A DNA stretch of 64,000 nucleotides. It comes from a virus. Where the stretch lies: positions 40,564 through 104,563 of the IMG/VR virus record IMGVR_UViG_3300047440_000809; one strand, given 5' to 3'. Shown here in pieces: positions 19,455-28,658 of this stretch. The position numbers and the translations under genes were made by a program. The notes beneath the pieces were generated by a model. It saw nothing but the letters and a program-made list of their open reading frames with translations. It was not told the DNA's origin and did no database searches. Every line of letters begins with the position of its first letter. The first letter of the stretch is position 1.

Positions 19455-19544
19455 ACATAGGGGGGAGCAATCCCCTCGCCGCGACCTGAGTAACAGGCGC
19501 CTATCGCTGGGGATGGTCCCCGGTGACGGGCGCCTTTTTGTTTT
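19455..19544 (+). ncRNA. promoter-proximal structured leader ending in an intrinsic terminator (copy A)
   Basis: TTGACG-N17-TTCAAT promoter; ACATAG start, GCAA-loop hairpin, AGGCGCC...GGGCGCCT-TTTTGTTTT. Confidence 0.55.
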
Positions 19545-19613
19545 GGTCGTGGTCTCTGCTGCGATCGGGTCGCGGCCGAGCACGGGGGGCCCGCTCCCGA
19601 GGAGAACACACCA

Positions 19614-20111
19614 ATGGGAACCGCACAGAATTTCGGTCAGACGCACAAGAAGCTCTACTTCGACGTGACCTGGGGAACGACGGTGGGCGCGCAGGCGTTC
19701 GCCTGTACGGCATTCCGCACCGGCCTGACAGGCGACCGCTTCGGCGCGCTCATGAAGGCGATGCAGGCGTGCACGGGGGGCACACCGCAGTCGGTCATGG
19801 CGGAGAGCGAGTGCTCGGCCTGGTTCCAGTGTCTCCGCACCGCCACGGTCTCGGGCGGTGTCCACATCGGGTTCAACGTCTACTTCGCGGCTCCCACGGT
19901 CGGGAAGATCACCACCGGGCAGCTCCCGGCGACGGGACACTTCGCGGCGCTGCCGGCGGATCTCGTCGGGATGGTCGCGGGCCAGAGCGCCGTGTTCGGG
20001 ACGGTGGGGACCGCGCGGAACTTCTCGGTCGTCGTCGCGAAGCAGCAGGCGACGACCGCGGCCGTCTCGGGCGTGCTCTACGTCCAGCGGCAGCACTCGA
20101 TCGAGGTCTGA
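19614..20111 (+). CDS. putative virion structural protein (beta-rich)
   Basis: Strong RBS GAGGAG; biased codon usage; behind leader A. Confidence 0.55.
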   Translation: MGTAQNFGQTHKKLYFDVTWGTTVGAQAFACTAFRTGLTGDRFGALMKAMQACTGGTPQSVMAESECSAWFQCLRTATVSGGVHIGFNVYFAAPTVGKITTGQLPATGHFAALPADLVGMVAGQSAVFGTVGTARNFSVVVAKQQATTAAVSGVLYVQRQHSIEV

Positions 20112-20142
20112 TCCAGCATAAAGCTGGTAGACTCCGGGGCGG

Positions 20143-21468
20143 ATGACACATCCGATTCTCGAAGTCGTCGACCTCGACAAGCTCCGTCCGTTAGACCTTC
20201 CAGCGCCGATCCGCCTCGTCTTTCTGTCCCCAAAGCGAGGCGGACCGGCGCTGAGTGCTATCCGCGAGGCCCTCTCCAAGAAGGGACAACTGCGGTTCTC
20301 CGCGACGGCAACGCGGACATTCGTCGATGTCACGTCCGAAGAGCCAGAAGCGCCGCTGATCGCCCTGGACACGATCGTGCGCGACGACGCCGCGGGCTTG
20401 GAGCGCATGCTGTTCAGCGTGATCCCGCACGTCGACGAGATCGTGCTTGGCGTGGATGGCCGCAGCGACAAGGAGACGCTGAAGGTCGCCCAGCAGTATG
20501 CGGACTGCGTGTACGTGTTCGAGGCCATCGACATCGGCATGAGGCCCGAAGACTGGGCGCCGACCGCCGCGAACCCCCGGGGGAAGATCGACTTCGCCGC
20601 TGCACGGAACATCGGGCGGAGCCGCGTGCAAGCCCCGTGGGCGCTCGTGCTCGATAGCGACGAGTACCTGATCGCCGAGGACTTCCGGGACGCCGTCAAG
20701 AACGCCAGGCCATCGCAGGGGGCGTTCTTCATCAACGTGGTCATGGCGGACACCGGCGTTCGGCAGTTCGTGAGCCGTGACCACCAGAGGCTCGCGCGGA
20801 CGGGCTACGTGTGGTCGGGCGCGAAGGACAATCAGCTAGACTGCAAGGGCAGCGAATCACCCGCAGCGCTTCCGGTAGAGATCCTGCACGACACACGGCT
20901 CCGCGCCGACCAGGACCAACGAGACGCGCAGCGCGAGGCGGCCACGGAGGACTTGGTTGCGCGGGCCGAGCGTGGCGACCTCAACGCGCTCTTTCACCTT
21001 GCGAAGCACCGCATCGGCGGCTCGACGGCCATCGAAGAGGCCGTGCGTCTGACGGAGGATTTTCGGCTGCGTGTGGAGCCGAACTCGCCAATCGCGTTTC
21101 AGCGCCAGTGGGTCGCGCTCGGCCTCGCCTTCCGGTTCTACAACGAGGACAACCACCACGAGGCGAATCGCTGGGCGTGCCGCGTTCTGCTTGATGGTCC
21201 GTCGATCGCCGCCTTCTGCCTTCTCGGCGACGTGGCCGAATGCGAAGGGGACCTCGAACGAGCGTGCAACTGGTACGAGGCGGCGTGCGCCGTGATCGAC
21301 ACGCGCGGCATCACGTGGCCTGGCTTCTCAGAGCTGCGGTGGGGTCGCCTGGTCGCTCTTCGGTTCGTCCTTGCCGAGGGCAAGAAGCTCGCGCTCAACG
21401 CCGCGGGGCCGGACAGTCCTCACGGCGCTTCAACATCCACAGGCCCGACAGCAGAAACTTCAGGCTGA
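20143..21468 (+). CDS. GT2 plus TPR glycosyltransferase (protein O-glycosylation type)
   Basis: IVRDD, DFAAARN, LVLDSDE, TPR-like C-terminus. Confidence 0.82.
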   Translation: MTHPILEVVDLDKLRPLDLPAPIRLVFLSPKRGGPALSAIREALSKKGQLRFSATATRTFVDVTSEEPEAPLIALDTIVRDDAAGLERMLFSVIPHVDEIVLGVDGRSDKETLKVAQQYADCVYVFEAIDIGMRPEDWAPTAANPRGKIDFAAARNIGRSRVQAPWALVLDSDEYLIAEDFRDAVKNARPSQGAFFINVVMADTGVRQFVSRDHQRLARTGYVWSGAKDNQLDCKGSESPAALPVEILHDTRLRADQDQRDAQREAATEDLVARAERGDLNALFHLAKHRIGGSTAIEEAVRLTEDFRLRVEPNSPIAFQRQWVALGLAFRFYNEDNHHEANRWACRVLLDGPSIAAFCLLGDVAECEGDLERACNWYEAACAVIDTRGITWPGFSELRWGRLVALRFVLAEGKKLALNAAGPDSPHGASTSTGPTAETSG

Positions 21469-21624
21469 GCAGGAAGCCGCCCAGCCAGATCGTGTCGACA
21501 CCGATCACCGCTGCCGCATCGTCGATAGGCGCGTCGTAGATGTCTACGAAGTCGCTTGCGTAGCCCTTTACGCGTTCCCAGTTCGATGGTGCCGGCGCGG
21601 GGGGCGCCACAGGCGTCTGGCCGA

Positions 21625-22383
21625 TCATGCGGCCTTTTTCTTGTCGCCACCCTTGAGCATCACGACGAGCACGAGACCGAGCGCGACGGCGCCACCGATC
21701 ATCAGGTACGACTGCTTCACGCGGCCCACGCCGGGGAGCTTGACGGACTTGCCACCGCCGCGGACCTTGTCAGCCACGTTCTGGACGGCATCGGCGGCCG
21801 CGTCCTGTGCCGGTTGCAGGTCGGTCACACCGGGTGGCGGTCCTTGATCGGCGGCAGCGGCCTGCGCGTCAGCGCCAGGGTCCGCGGGGGCCTCGCCGGA
21901 CTTGCTGAACCGGGAGAGCAGGTTCTGCATCACCGCCATGAAAACGGGGATGGCTGCTGCCACGACCGCCGGGGCGATGCCGAGCTGCACGTTCTCGTAG
22001 TAGCCGAGCATCGCCGCGTCCGAGCCGGCGAAGAGTGCCAAGATCGGCCCGTGCGGGAGCTGATGGTTGAGCGTGTGCTTCGTCCAGGACTTCGCCTCGG
22101 CAAGCTCCTGGGCGTTGGGCGTCTTCGACTTGCGCTTGTCCCACGCGAGCTTCACCGCGCGGCGGTGTTCGAGCCTGAGCACGAGACCTTTAATCGGTCG
22201 TGCTGCCTGGTGCGCTAGCCACTGCGTGGGCTTGATGAGCGTCCACTCGACAGGGAAGTAGGCCGCCTTCCCGACGACCTTCGCGCCCTTCTTGATGCCG
22301 TGGCCGGTGGCCTGTACGCCGCTCTTGATCCCTCGCCCGACAGACCGGATCGAGAACCCGAGCGGCGAGTTCGAGACGATCAC
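21625..22383 (-). CDS. membrane-anchored putative virion protein
   Basis: MIVSNSPLGF...; C-terminal TM plus KKK. Confidence 0.7.
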   Translation of the reverse strand: MIVSNSPLGFSIRSVGRGIKSGVQATGHGIKKGAKVVGKAAYFPVEWTLIKPTQWLAHQAARPIKGLVLRLEHRRAVKLAWDKRKSKTPNAQELAEAKSWTKHTLNHQLPHGPILALFAGSDAAMLGYYENVQLGIAPAVVAAAIPVFMAVMQNLLSRFSKSGEAPADPGADAQAAAADQGPPPGVTDLQPAQDAAADAVQNVADKVRGGGKSVKLPGVGRVKQSYLMIGGAVALGLVLVVMLKGGDKKKAA

Positions 22384-22386
22384 CGG

Positions 22387-22467
22387 TTACCGCAGCTTGA
22401 AGCCGATGAAGATGCTCGCGCCCGCGAGGAGCGCGCCGAACAGAATCTTGCCGTAGTCGCCTTGCAT
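22387..22467 (-). CDS. 26-aa membrane peptide
   Basis: MQGDYGKILFGALLAGASIFIGFKLR, with RBS. Confidence 0.5.
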   Translation of the reverse strand: MQGDYGKILFGALLAGASIFIGFKLR

Positions 22468-22481
22468 GGGTCGGAACCTTT

Positions 22482-23081
22482 CTAGTCGCCCGAGGACGAC
22501 TTCTTCTTTTTCTTGTGCAGGAGGACGTACCCGCCGATCCCGGCCGCCGCGACGATGCCGCCGATCAGCAGCCAGTGCTGCTTCTTCGGGCCCGGGACTT
22601 CCTGCCCCTCGGAGGCCGCCGACGCGTCCTGCGTGGGGCCGAGGTCGGCCGCGGGCGAGCCGGGCGCCACGGACGCCTGGGGGATCTGCGAGGGCATCGG
22701 GTTCAGGATTGCCTGTTGCTGCGTCAGCTGCGCTTGCGCCTGCGCGGCCTGCGCTGCCGCTGCCGCCTGCTGCGACGCCATGAGCTGTTGCTGAAGCATC
22801 TGGAGACGCGCCGCCGCCCGAGCGTCGTGTCCTGCGCGCCGCTGGAGGTCGAAGCGCTCGCGATCGTAGGCGCGCTGTGCGTCCCGCGCGCGGTTGATCG
22901 CGGCGAAGTCGATGACCGGACGGTAGATGGTGCGGACCGGGCCGGGCGTGTAGACCGTCCGCGGCTGCGCGTAGACCGGACGGGGAGGTGCGAAGGCGGG
23001 GCGCATGGGAATTGGTGCGCGATAGGCCGGGGGGCGATACGCCGAGCGCCAGGGTTGTGGTTGCGGGGTGGCTCCAATCAT
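22482..23081 (-). CDS. Pro/Gln-rich membrane-anchored putative virion protein
   Basis: C-terminal TM plus KKKKK; RBS AGGAG. Confidence 0.7.
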   Translation of the reverse strand: MIGATPQPQPWRSAYRPPAYRAPIPMRPAFAPPRPVYAQPRTVYTPGPVRTIYRPVIDFAAINRARDAQRAYDRERFDLQRRAGHDARAAARLQMLQQQLMASQQAAAAAQAAQAQAQLTQQQAILNPMPSQIPQASVAPGSPAADLGPTQDASAASEGQEVPGPKKQHWLLIGGIVAAAGIGGYVLLHKKKKKSSSGD

Positions 23082-23092
23082 CGGAAGGTCTC

Positions 23093-23440
23093 CTACTTTT
23101 TGAGCATGAAGAGGACGACGAGCGCCGCGCCGCCGATCAGCGCGAGGGGAAGCAGGTTGCCCTTCTTGACGGGGGCCATCGTCGCGGTGCCGTCGTCGTT
23201 CGCGACCTCATCACCCGTGGCGGGCGGTCCGGGCGGCATCTGGCCCGGCTGAGGCTGCGTGAACTGCTGGGCGTAATTGGCGTACGAGCCTGCACGGCCG
23301 CCGTATGCCTGACCAGCGGCAATCGCAGCCTGCTGCACCCTCGGATTCTGGATCGCCTTCGCGATGGCCCGGGTGCCGACGACGTGGGCGTGCACGATCG
23401 CGCGGAACGGGTTGAAGCCGAGCGACGAATTGACGATCAC
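23093..23440 (-). CDS. membrane-anchored putative virion protein
   Basis: Leaderless start MIVNSSLGF; C-terminal TM plus KK. Confidence 0.7.
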   Translation of the reverse strand: MIVNSSLGFNPFRAIVHAHVVGTRAIAKAIQNPRVQQAAIAAGQAYGGRAGSYANYAQQFTQPQPGQMPPGPPATGDEVANDDGTATMAPVKKGNLLPLALIGGAALVVLFMLKK

Positions 23441-23524
23441 GAAGACTATCCTACGGGCGACACGGCACACCCGTCAAATCGCCCGATTTGCCTCGGTCGC
23501 ACTCGCCGTGGCATTCTGTACTTC
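23441..23524. promoter_or_regulatory. divergent leaderless sigma70-type promoters
   Basis: Minus TTGACG-N18-TAGGAT-N7-GTG; plus TTGCCT-N18-CATTCT-N7-GTG. Confidence 0.65.
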
Positions 23525-24106
23525 GTGCTCCGCGACGCAACGGCACCGATGCTTCGTGCTCACCGCGTCGGCACGCTCGATGACCGCGTGAAGCTGCTCA
23601 CGCGGATGGTGTGGCTAGGCGCGCAGGCGGTAGACCCCCGGGAACCTCCCGTCGGGGGGCTACGTGATCCGAAGATGCGCGAGATCGGCCTGCGCGCCAC
23701 GCAGAGCTGTCCCGAGCGGAACGACATGTGCGAACTGGAAGCGATCTACACGTTCGTGACGATGACCGCGCCGGACGGTCACCCAAACGTGCGCTACACC
23801 GGCGACATCGCGCTCAAGGACACGTACCAGACGGCGTACCGGACCTTGCAGTATCGCGGCGGCGACTGTGACGACCACGCCGTGCTCAGCGCCGTGCTCG
23901 CGATGGAGAACGGCTTCCAGACGCGCTTCCGGATCACGTCGAACACCGGCGCGAGCTGGGACCACATCTACTGCATGGCGGGCTACCCGAAGAACGGCCC
24001 CACGCGCTGGATCGCGCTCGACACCACGCTCGGCCCGCGGCGCTTCGCAAAGCAGCCGCCCGAGGCCAAGCATCGCGATTTCAACGTCAGCGAAGTCACA
24101 CGATGA
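23525..24106 (+). CDS. transglutaminase-like cysteine protease, candidate maturation protease
   Basis: VRYTGD, GDCDD (Cys), HIY (His), WIALD (Asp). Confidence 0.8.
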   Translation: MLRDATAPMLRAHRVGTLDDRVKLLTRMVWLGAQAVDPREPPVGGLRDPKMREIGLRATQSCPERNDMCELEAIYTFVTMTAPDGHPNVRYTGDIALKDTYQTAYRTLQYRGGDCDDHAVLSAVLAMENGFQTRFRITSNTGASWDHIYCMAGYPKNGPTRWIALDTTLGPRRFAKQPPEAKHRDFNVSEVTR

Positions 24107-24315
24107 GTCGTGCCGGTGACACGACAGCGCTTTCGCTCCCGGACGGTGGCGTCATGGAGATCCCGTTGCCCGGGAGCAAGGGGCGCTTCGCCGTGCGTGC
24201 ACCTTCGCTGCTCGGGCAAGACGGCAGCTCGCGCCTTCCGATCGTCATTGGCATCGTGGTCGGCGTCGCTGTCGGTGTCGCGGCAACCGCCTGGTACATG
24301 AGCCGGCGGCGCTGA
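24103..24315 (+). CDS. small membrane protein
   Basis: LLGQ then TM plus RRR. Confidence 0.65.
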   Translation: MSRAGDTTALSLPDGGVMEIPLPGSKGRFAVRAPSLLGQDGSSRLPIVIGIVVGVAVGVAATAWYMSRRR

Positions 24316-24512
24316 TGCTCGGCGGACGGCCAGCACCTCCCGCGCGGCCACGGGAAGGGTTCGAGGTGTTCTGGATGCGGTTAGGACGTATCGTCATGAA
24401 GCAGTGCCAGCAGAAGGCCCACTGCGACGTCGTCATCACGCTCAAGGACGGATCGGTGCAGCTCGTGCGCGTGAACGAGTCGTTCCTACCGACCACGCTG
24501 CCCGACGTCTGA
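24315..24512 (+). CDS. hypothetical protein
   Basis: Coupled ORF. Confidence 0.5.
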   Translation: MLGGRPAPPARPREGFEVFWMRLGRIVMKQCQQKAHCDVVITLKDGSVQLVRVNESFLPTTLPDV

Positions 24513-24552
24513 GATTTGCCGGGTCGGCGGGCCCGGTGTTAGCCTGGTATCC

Positions 24553-25413
24553 GTGCTCGCGCAGGACGCACCGACGCAGTCGCTCTTTCCTCATCGCAAG
24601 CAGTGCGAGTGGATCGACCAGGGTCATGGGCTGTCCGCGCGCGTCTGTGACGATGGCGAAGTGCTCATGTGGCACGACGCCGAGACGCGCGAGACCTGGA
24701 TTCACGGCGAAACCCCGCCGAATAAGTGGCAGGTCTTTTTCCGCCGTCACCACAACTTCAACGGCTTCGGAGCGACGGAAGCGGCGGTCGGCGTGTGCCC
24801 TCCCCGACCGCATATCGCGCCGCGCCCGTCCTCGACCATTCAGCGCCTGCAAGCGGCAATCGTCGGGCTCGGGAAACGCGTCGGCGACACCATGCTGCGC
24901 ATCGCCTCGGACGGGCTCGTCGGTCCCCACACCGTCAAGGCGACCAATCGCGCGCTCTACATGTACGCCGGGGGCGGCGCAGCGCCGGCGCAGTTCACGA
25001 CGGGCGCGCTCACGCACGCCCAAGTCGTGGCATTCGCGCCGCAGCTCACTTCGATCGTGCAGCGTGCGCCCTACCCCGAGTCGCTGCACTCGACCAACGC
25101 CGCGACCTATTCTCCACCACCGCCAACCGCGCCGGCCTTGCCGTCGCAAGGAGCCTCGACGATGCCGTACTACCAGCCGGGACCCGCGTACTACCCGCCT
25201 CCGCCACCGCCGGGCTACGGGCCTGCCTACTACGGACCCCAGCGAGTCGGGCGTGGTGGGCTCCCCACGGACCAGGCGTCGGTCGACGTGCGTGCCTTCA
25301 TCCCGGCGCAGTACGAACACGTGCGGATCAATCCGGGCACGGTCGCGACGGTGATCGGCCTCGTCGTGATCGTGGCGCTGGTGTTGGACCGGAAGAAAAA
25401 GAAGGGAGACTGA
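24553..25413 (+). CDS. membrane-anchored protein with peptidoglycan-binding-like motif
   Basis: RLQAAI...DGLVGPHTVKA; C-terminal TM plus KKKK; leaderless promoter. Confidence 0.7.
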   Translation: MLAQDAPTQSLFPHRKQCEWIDQGHGLSARVCDDGEVLMWHDAETRETWIHGETPPNKWQVFFRRHHNFNGFGATEAAVGVCPPRPHIAPRPSSTIQRLQAAIVGLGKRVGDTMLRIASDGLVGPHTVKATNRALYMYAGGGAAPAQFTTGALTHAQVVAFAPQLTSIVQRAPYPESLHSTNAATYSPPPPTAPALPSQGASTMPYYQPGPAYYPPPPPPGYGPAYYGPQRVGRGGLPTDQASVDVRAFIPAQYEHVRINPGTVATVIGLVVIVALVLDRKKKKGD

Positions 25414-25415
25414 CC

Positions 25416-25892
25416 ATGAGCCTCGTTGTCGTTCCGACCAGCACGGGGTATCCGACGGGGGGCTACAGCCTTCCCGAGCGTGTGTCGTTCGCGATCTCGG
25501 ATACGGACGGGACTGGCGGGACCATCTACATCAACGGTCAGGGGGTCAAGAACGGTGACGTCGCGGGCGCGTATGACCTCAAAGACATCTTCGTGTCGGC
25601 CGGTCTGCTATTCAGCTCCACCCCGCTGCTCGGACCGTTTCGTCTTCTGAAGCCCGGATCGAGCCTCCTGGACGTGCAGAACCAGCTGCTCAAGGGGCTC
25701 AGCTTCAGCTTCTACGGTGTCACCGCCAACGCGCCCGCGCCGCTGAACCTGCGCTTCGGAACACTGAACGCGATCGGCGGCCAGCCGGACAGCATCCCCT
25801 TCCTGGAGATCATCGCGCCGAACGGCGGCGAGGGATACACCGGCGACACCTGGCGCATCGACATCAACCTCCGCCACTCGATCACGAACTAG
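25416..25892 (+). CDS. beta-rich putative virion protein
   Basis: RBS; alternating hydrophobic strands. Confidence 0.55.
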   Translation: MSLVVVPTSTGYPTGGYSLPERVSFAISDTDGTGGTIYINGQGVKNGDVAGAYDLKDIFVSAGLLFSSTPLLGPFRLLKPGSSLLDVQNQLLKGLSFSFYGVTANAPAPLNLRFGTLNAIGGQPDSIPFLEIIAPNGGEGYTGDTWRIDINLRHSITN

Positions 25893-25898
25893 GCGGCC

Positions 25899-26129
25899 AT
25901 GGCCCGGCGGATCAAGGGCAGCTTCTGCGAGCGCGTGATGCTCCCCAAGAGCGCATTCGACCGTAAGAGCTTTCGGTGGAAGCGGAGCGGCCGTTCGTGG
26001 GTGCTGACGGGCTGTCGACGCAGGCACTTCAAGGGCGGCCGCTGCGACAACGGGCTGCGTGCACACGTGGTACTCGTGAAGTCGAACGGGTCGTGCCCGA
26101 TGGGCGGTCGTGCGGTCCGGAAGGGTTGA
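25899..26129 (+). CDS. small basic Cys-rich protein
   Basis: MARRIKG... Confidence 0.6.
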   Translation: MARRIKGSFCERVMLPKSAFDRKSFRWKRSGRSWVLTGCRRRHFKGGRCDNGLRAHVVLVKSNGSCPMGGRAVRKG

Positions 26130-26315
26130 CGTGGATAAGCCGGATCGCGAAATCACGTGCCGCTGCGGCGGGAGCATCTGCTTCTGGGATCGCGATAGGC
26201 GCGTCGCCCATACGGTTCCGCTTTGCGCCTGGTACGAGGCCGCAGTGGAAACTGCGGGAGGACAGCGCGATCCAGGGGTGATCATCGAGACCGATGCAGG
26301 GCGGTACGTGCGAGG

Positions 26316-26567
26316 ATGATCGTCCAGCCGTGCGGGCTGCCCCGCGAGACCGTCGCGCGCATGCAGTGGGAGGCCGGGCTACCGCCCCACGTGATTCAGG
26401 AGACGCTCACCCAGCGCCCCCTCGGTAGCTTCTCCACCGACGCCCGCCAGGCGATCACCGTGTCGCCCGACTACTTCGTGCGTTGGTACACCCTCAAGTC
26501 AATCGGGCTTGGAGTCGCGGTCGGGATCATCGGGTACCTGCTTGGGCGTGCGACGGCGAAGCGCTGA
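26316..26567 (+). CDS. small membrane protein
   Basis: RPLGS...C-terminal TM. Confidence 0.55.
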   Translation: MIVQPCGLPRETVARMQWEAGLPPHVIQETLTQRPLGSFSTDARQAITVSPDYFVRWYTLKSIGLGVAVGIIGYLLGRATAKR

Positions 26568-27004
26568 CCGCAGCCACTTCAGCATGTCGATGAGGCCGTT
26601 GATCCGGATGATTACCGCCGCCTCGACGAGGCGCACGTCGGCCAGCTCCTTCTTCAGCGCTTCGACTTCGACCAGCAGCGCTGCGTAGCGCGGGTCTTCC
26701 TTCGCGTCGGGCACACGGTCAGTGTACTCGGCGCTGTCGCAACACGAACATGAGCCCACCGACGAGCATGAACACGCCGGCGTTCACGACGGCTGCCGCG
26801 GTGTCCTTCGTCGCATCGTGCTCACCGTCCATCGCCTTGCGCGCGAGTACGCCGGCGATGAAACCCGCGACGCTGCCGATGCTCACGGGAATCATGAAGT
26901 CGGAGAGACGCACGGGCTGTGCGTCGGCGAGGAGGTAGCGACTCACGCGTTCCACTCTAACGCCAATTTGACAGCACCCCAAACTCGCCCGCATACTGGC
27001 CTCC

Positions 27005-27098
27005 ACATAGCGGTTCTCTCACCGGAACCGCCACTCTGAGCGAACCAGAGCAACTGGGCGCTTTCCGTCGGACCTCCCGACAGGAAGCGCCCTTTTTC
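27005..27098 (+). ncRNA. promoter-proximal structured leader ending in an intrinsic terminator (copy B)
   Basis: TTGACA-N18-CATACT promoter; ACATAG start, two hairpins, GGGCGCTTTCC...GGAAGCGCCC-TTTTT. Confidence 0.6.
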
Positions 27099-27122
27099 TA
27101 TTTCAACCACAGGAGCCAAAAG

Positions 27123-27773
27123 ATGCTGACCCCATCAGGACCAGGCGGACGCGGCTCCATCCCTGCGCTCGTGATGCGCACGGGTCTCATCCAGCCGGTG
27201 TCGCCCGATAACGCCCGGCGTGATATCAGCGCGCGGCACGTCGACAACGTGACGACCTACGTGACGGGGCAGCTGCCCTACACGCCGCCCGGTCTCCCCG
27301 CCTCGATGCCGCCGATCGTGCCCGTGCCGGCACCGCCGTCCAACGCCACGAGCGCCGTCGCGGCCACCGTCGTGGCGACGCCGCCGCGCCCGCTGCCGAA
27401 CGCACCCGCCGCGCTCCCGGGCCCCGGACACTCGGGGCTGCACCACTGGCATCACGCCCAACGGCGCATGCACCCGATGGTCGCCGAGATCCAGCGGCTC
27501 CACCCGCACGCGAACATCCACGGCTCCTCGGAGCCCGAGCTGGGTGAGTTCGGCGGCTTCCCGCTCGCGAAGTTCGAGATCGCCGCGAGCGTCCCGGCCA
27601 TCACCGCCCAGAGCGCGGCGATCAACCTCCGCCTCGCCGCCCGCGCGCTCTACGAGCGCGGTCTCGGCGCCCTGCCCGCCCAGCTGGTGGGCGGTCCGCT
27701 CGCGGCGCTCATGCAGGGCGGCGCCGTCGAGCTGCATTTTCAGAATGGGGTCGTCGTGAGGGCGACGCCCTGA
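27123..27773 (+). CDS. Pro-rich putative virion protein
   Basis: RBS AGGAG; ELGEFGG motif. Confidence 0.65.
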   Translation: MLTPSGPGGRGSIPALVMRTGLIQPVSPDNARRDISARHVDNVTTYVTGQLPYTPPGLPASMPPIVPVPAPPSNATSAVAATVVATPPRPLPNAPAALPGPGHSGLHHWHHAQRRMHPMVAEIQRLHPHANIHGSSEPELGEFGGFPLAKFEIAASVPAITAQSAAINLRLAARALYERGLGALPAQLVGGPLAALMQGGAVELHFQNGVVVRATP

Positions 27774-27817
27774 AGCAGTAGCACCCAACCCTCGATGACC
27801 CCACCAAGGAGAGACAC

Positions 27818-27925
27818 ATGAAGAGACACTGCCGGTACGGCGTGAACAAGCGCACCCACCGCTGCCTGAAGTCGAAGCGGTCCCACCCGCTCTCCGGGCA
27901 CCGCCGGCGTCGGCGGCGGCGGTAA
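27818..27925 (+). CDS. 35-aa protamine-like peptide
   Basis: RBS AAGGAG; MKRHCRYGVNKRTHRCLKSKRSHPLSGHRRRRRRR. Confidence 0.65.
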   Translation: MKRHCRYGVNKRTHRCLKSKRSHPLSGHRRRRRRR

Positions 27926-27982
27926 CGAGGGGGAAGCGAAACAAAACCGTCAACCCTCACGCAGCAAGAAAGAAGACTTCCA

Positions 27983-28498
27983 ATGGCTCGTCACAGATTT
28001 CGTGGCTTCGGAGAAGGCGACAGCCACGCTGCCATCGCAGGACCGCTGATCGGCGGTGGTGCGACGCAGATCGGCATCATGCTGGCGCACCTTCACGCCA
28101 GAAAGAACCCCGCAGCGCTCCGGCACGCTGGTGTGCACGGCGCGGTGGTGGGGTTGCTCGTGGGCGGTGGCTTGGCCATGACGAAGTCCTATCGTCAGAC
28201 CGGCTACTCGGCTCTCGCGACGGTCGCCATCATGACCATCCCTCGCATCCTGGAGGGATTCATGGGCCTCGGCCACCGCGAAGAGACGGCCGCGATGCAC
28301 GGCCTCGGCATCATCACGCCGCAGGCGCTCCAGGGCGCGGGTGAAGAGCCCGTCGTGCAGCTCCTCGACTCCAACGAGATGAACGGCGCCCTCGGCGTTC
28401 ACGTCGCTGAGGAGTTGCACGGAGCGGGCGGCAACGCGAGCGAGTACGTGGAGATGATGGGTTCTGGCTTCGGCCACAACTTCCTCCAGGCCGCCTGA
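27983..28498 (+). CDS. membrane protein with multiple hydrophobic-x-G-x-G motifs
   Basis: 3 TM-like segments; FRGFG, FMGLG, MHGLG, LQGAG, LHGAG, MMGSG. Confidence 0.7.
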   Translation: MARHRFRGFGEGDSHAAIAGPLIGGGATQIGIMLAHLHARKNPAALRHAGVHGAVVGLLVGGGLAMTKSYRQTGYSALATVAIMTIPRILEGFMGLGHREETAAMHGLGIITPQALQGAGEEPVVQLLDSNEMNGALGVHVAEELHGAGGNASEYVEMMGSGFGHNFLQAA

Positions 28499-28501
28499 TC
28501 G

Positions 28502-28537
28502 AAGCGGCGCTCGGGGGCTACCTCGGGCGCCGCTTTT
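28502..28537 (+). terminator. hairpin plus T-tract upstream of the capsid gene
   Basis: AAGCGGCGCTCGGGG-gcta-CCTCGGGCGCCGCTTTT. Confidence 0.55.
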
Positions 28538-28658
28538 CAACCCTCTGCACGTCGGCATTCTCCCGCACCGACGTGGGTGACAACGCGGGGAACACACCAT
28601 TCAGCTTCGAGACCACACCGGCCCAGCCGACCCTCGGGGCAGAAACGAGACAGCTACC

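Noticed and set aside
19455-19544. Assignment of the leaders to a known riboswitch class (c-di-GMP, preQ1, fluoride)
   Set aside because: The consensus motifs of those classes are not evident.
14893-21468. Host O-antigen/LPS locus
   Set aside because: No flippase, polymerase or housekeeping context; the genes are coupled to viral hypothetical genes and scattered.
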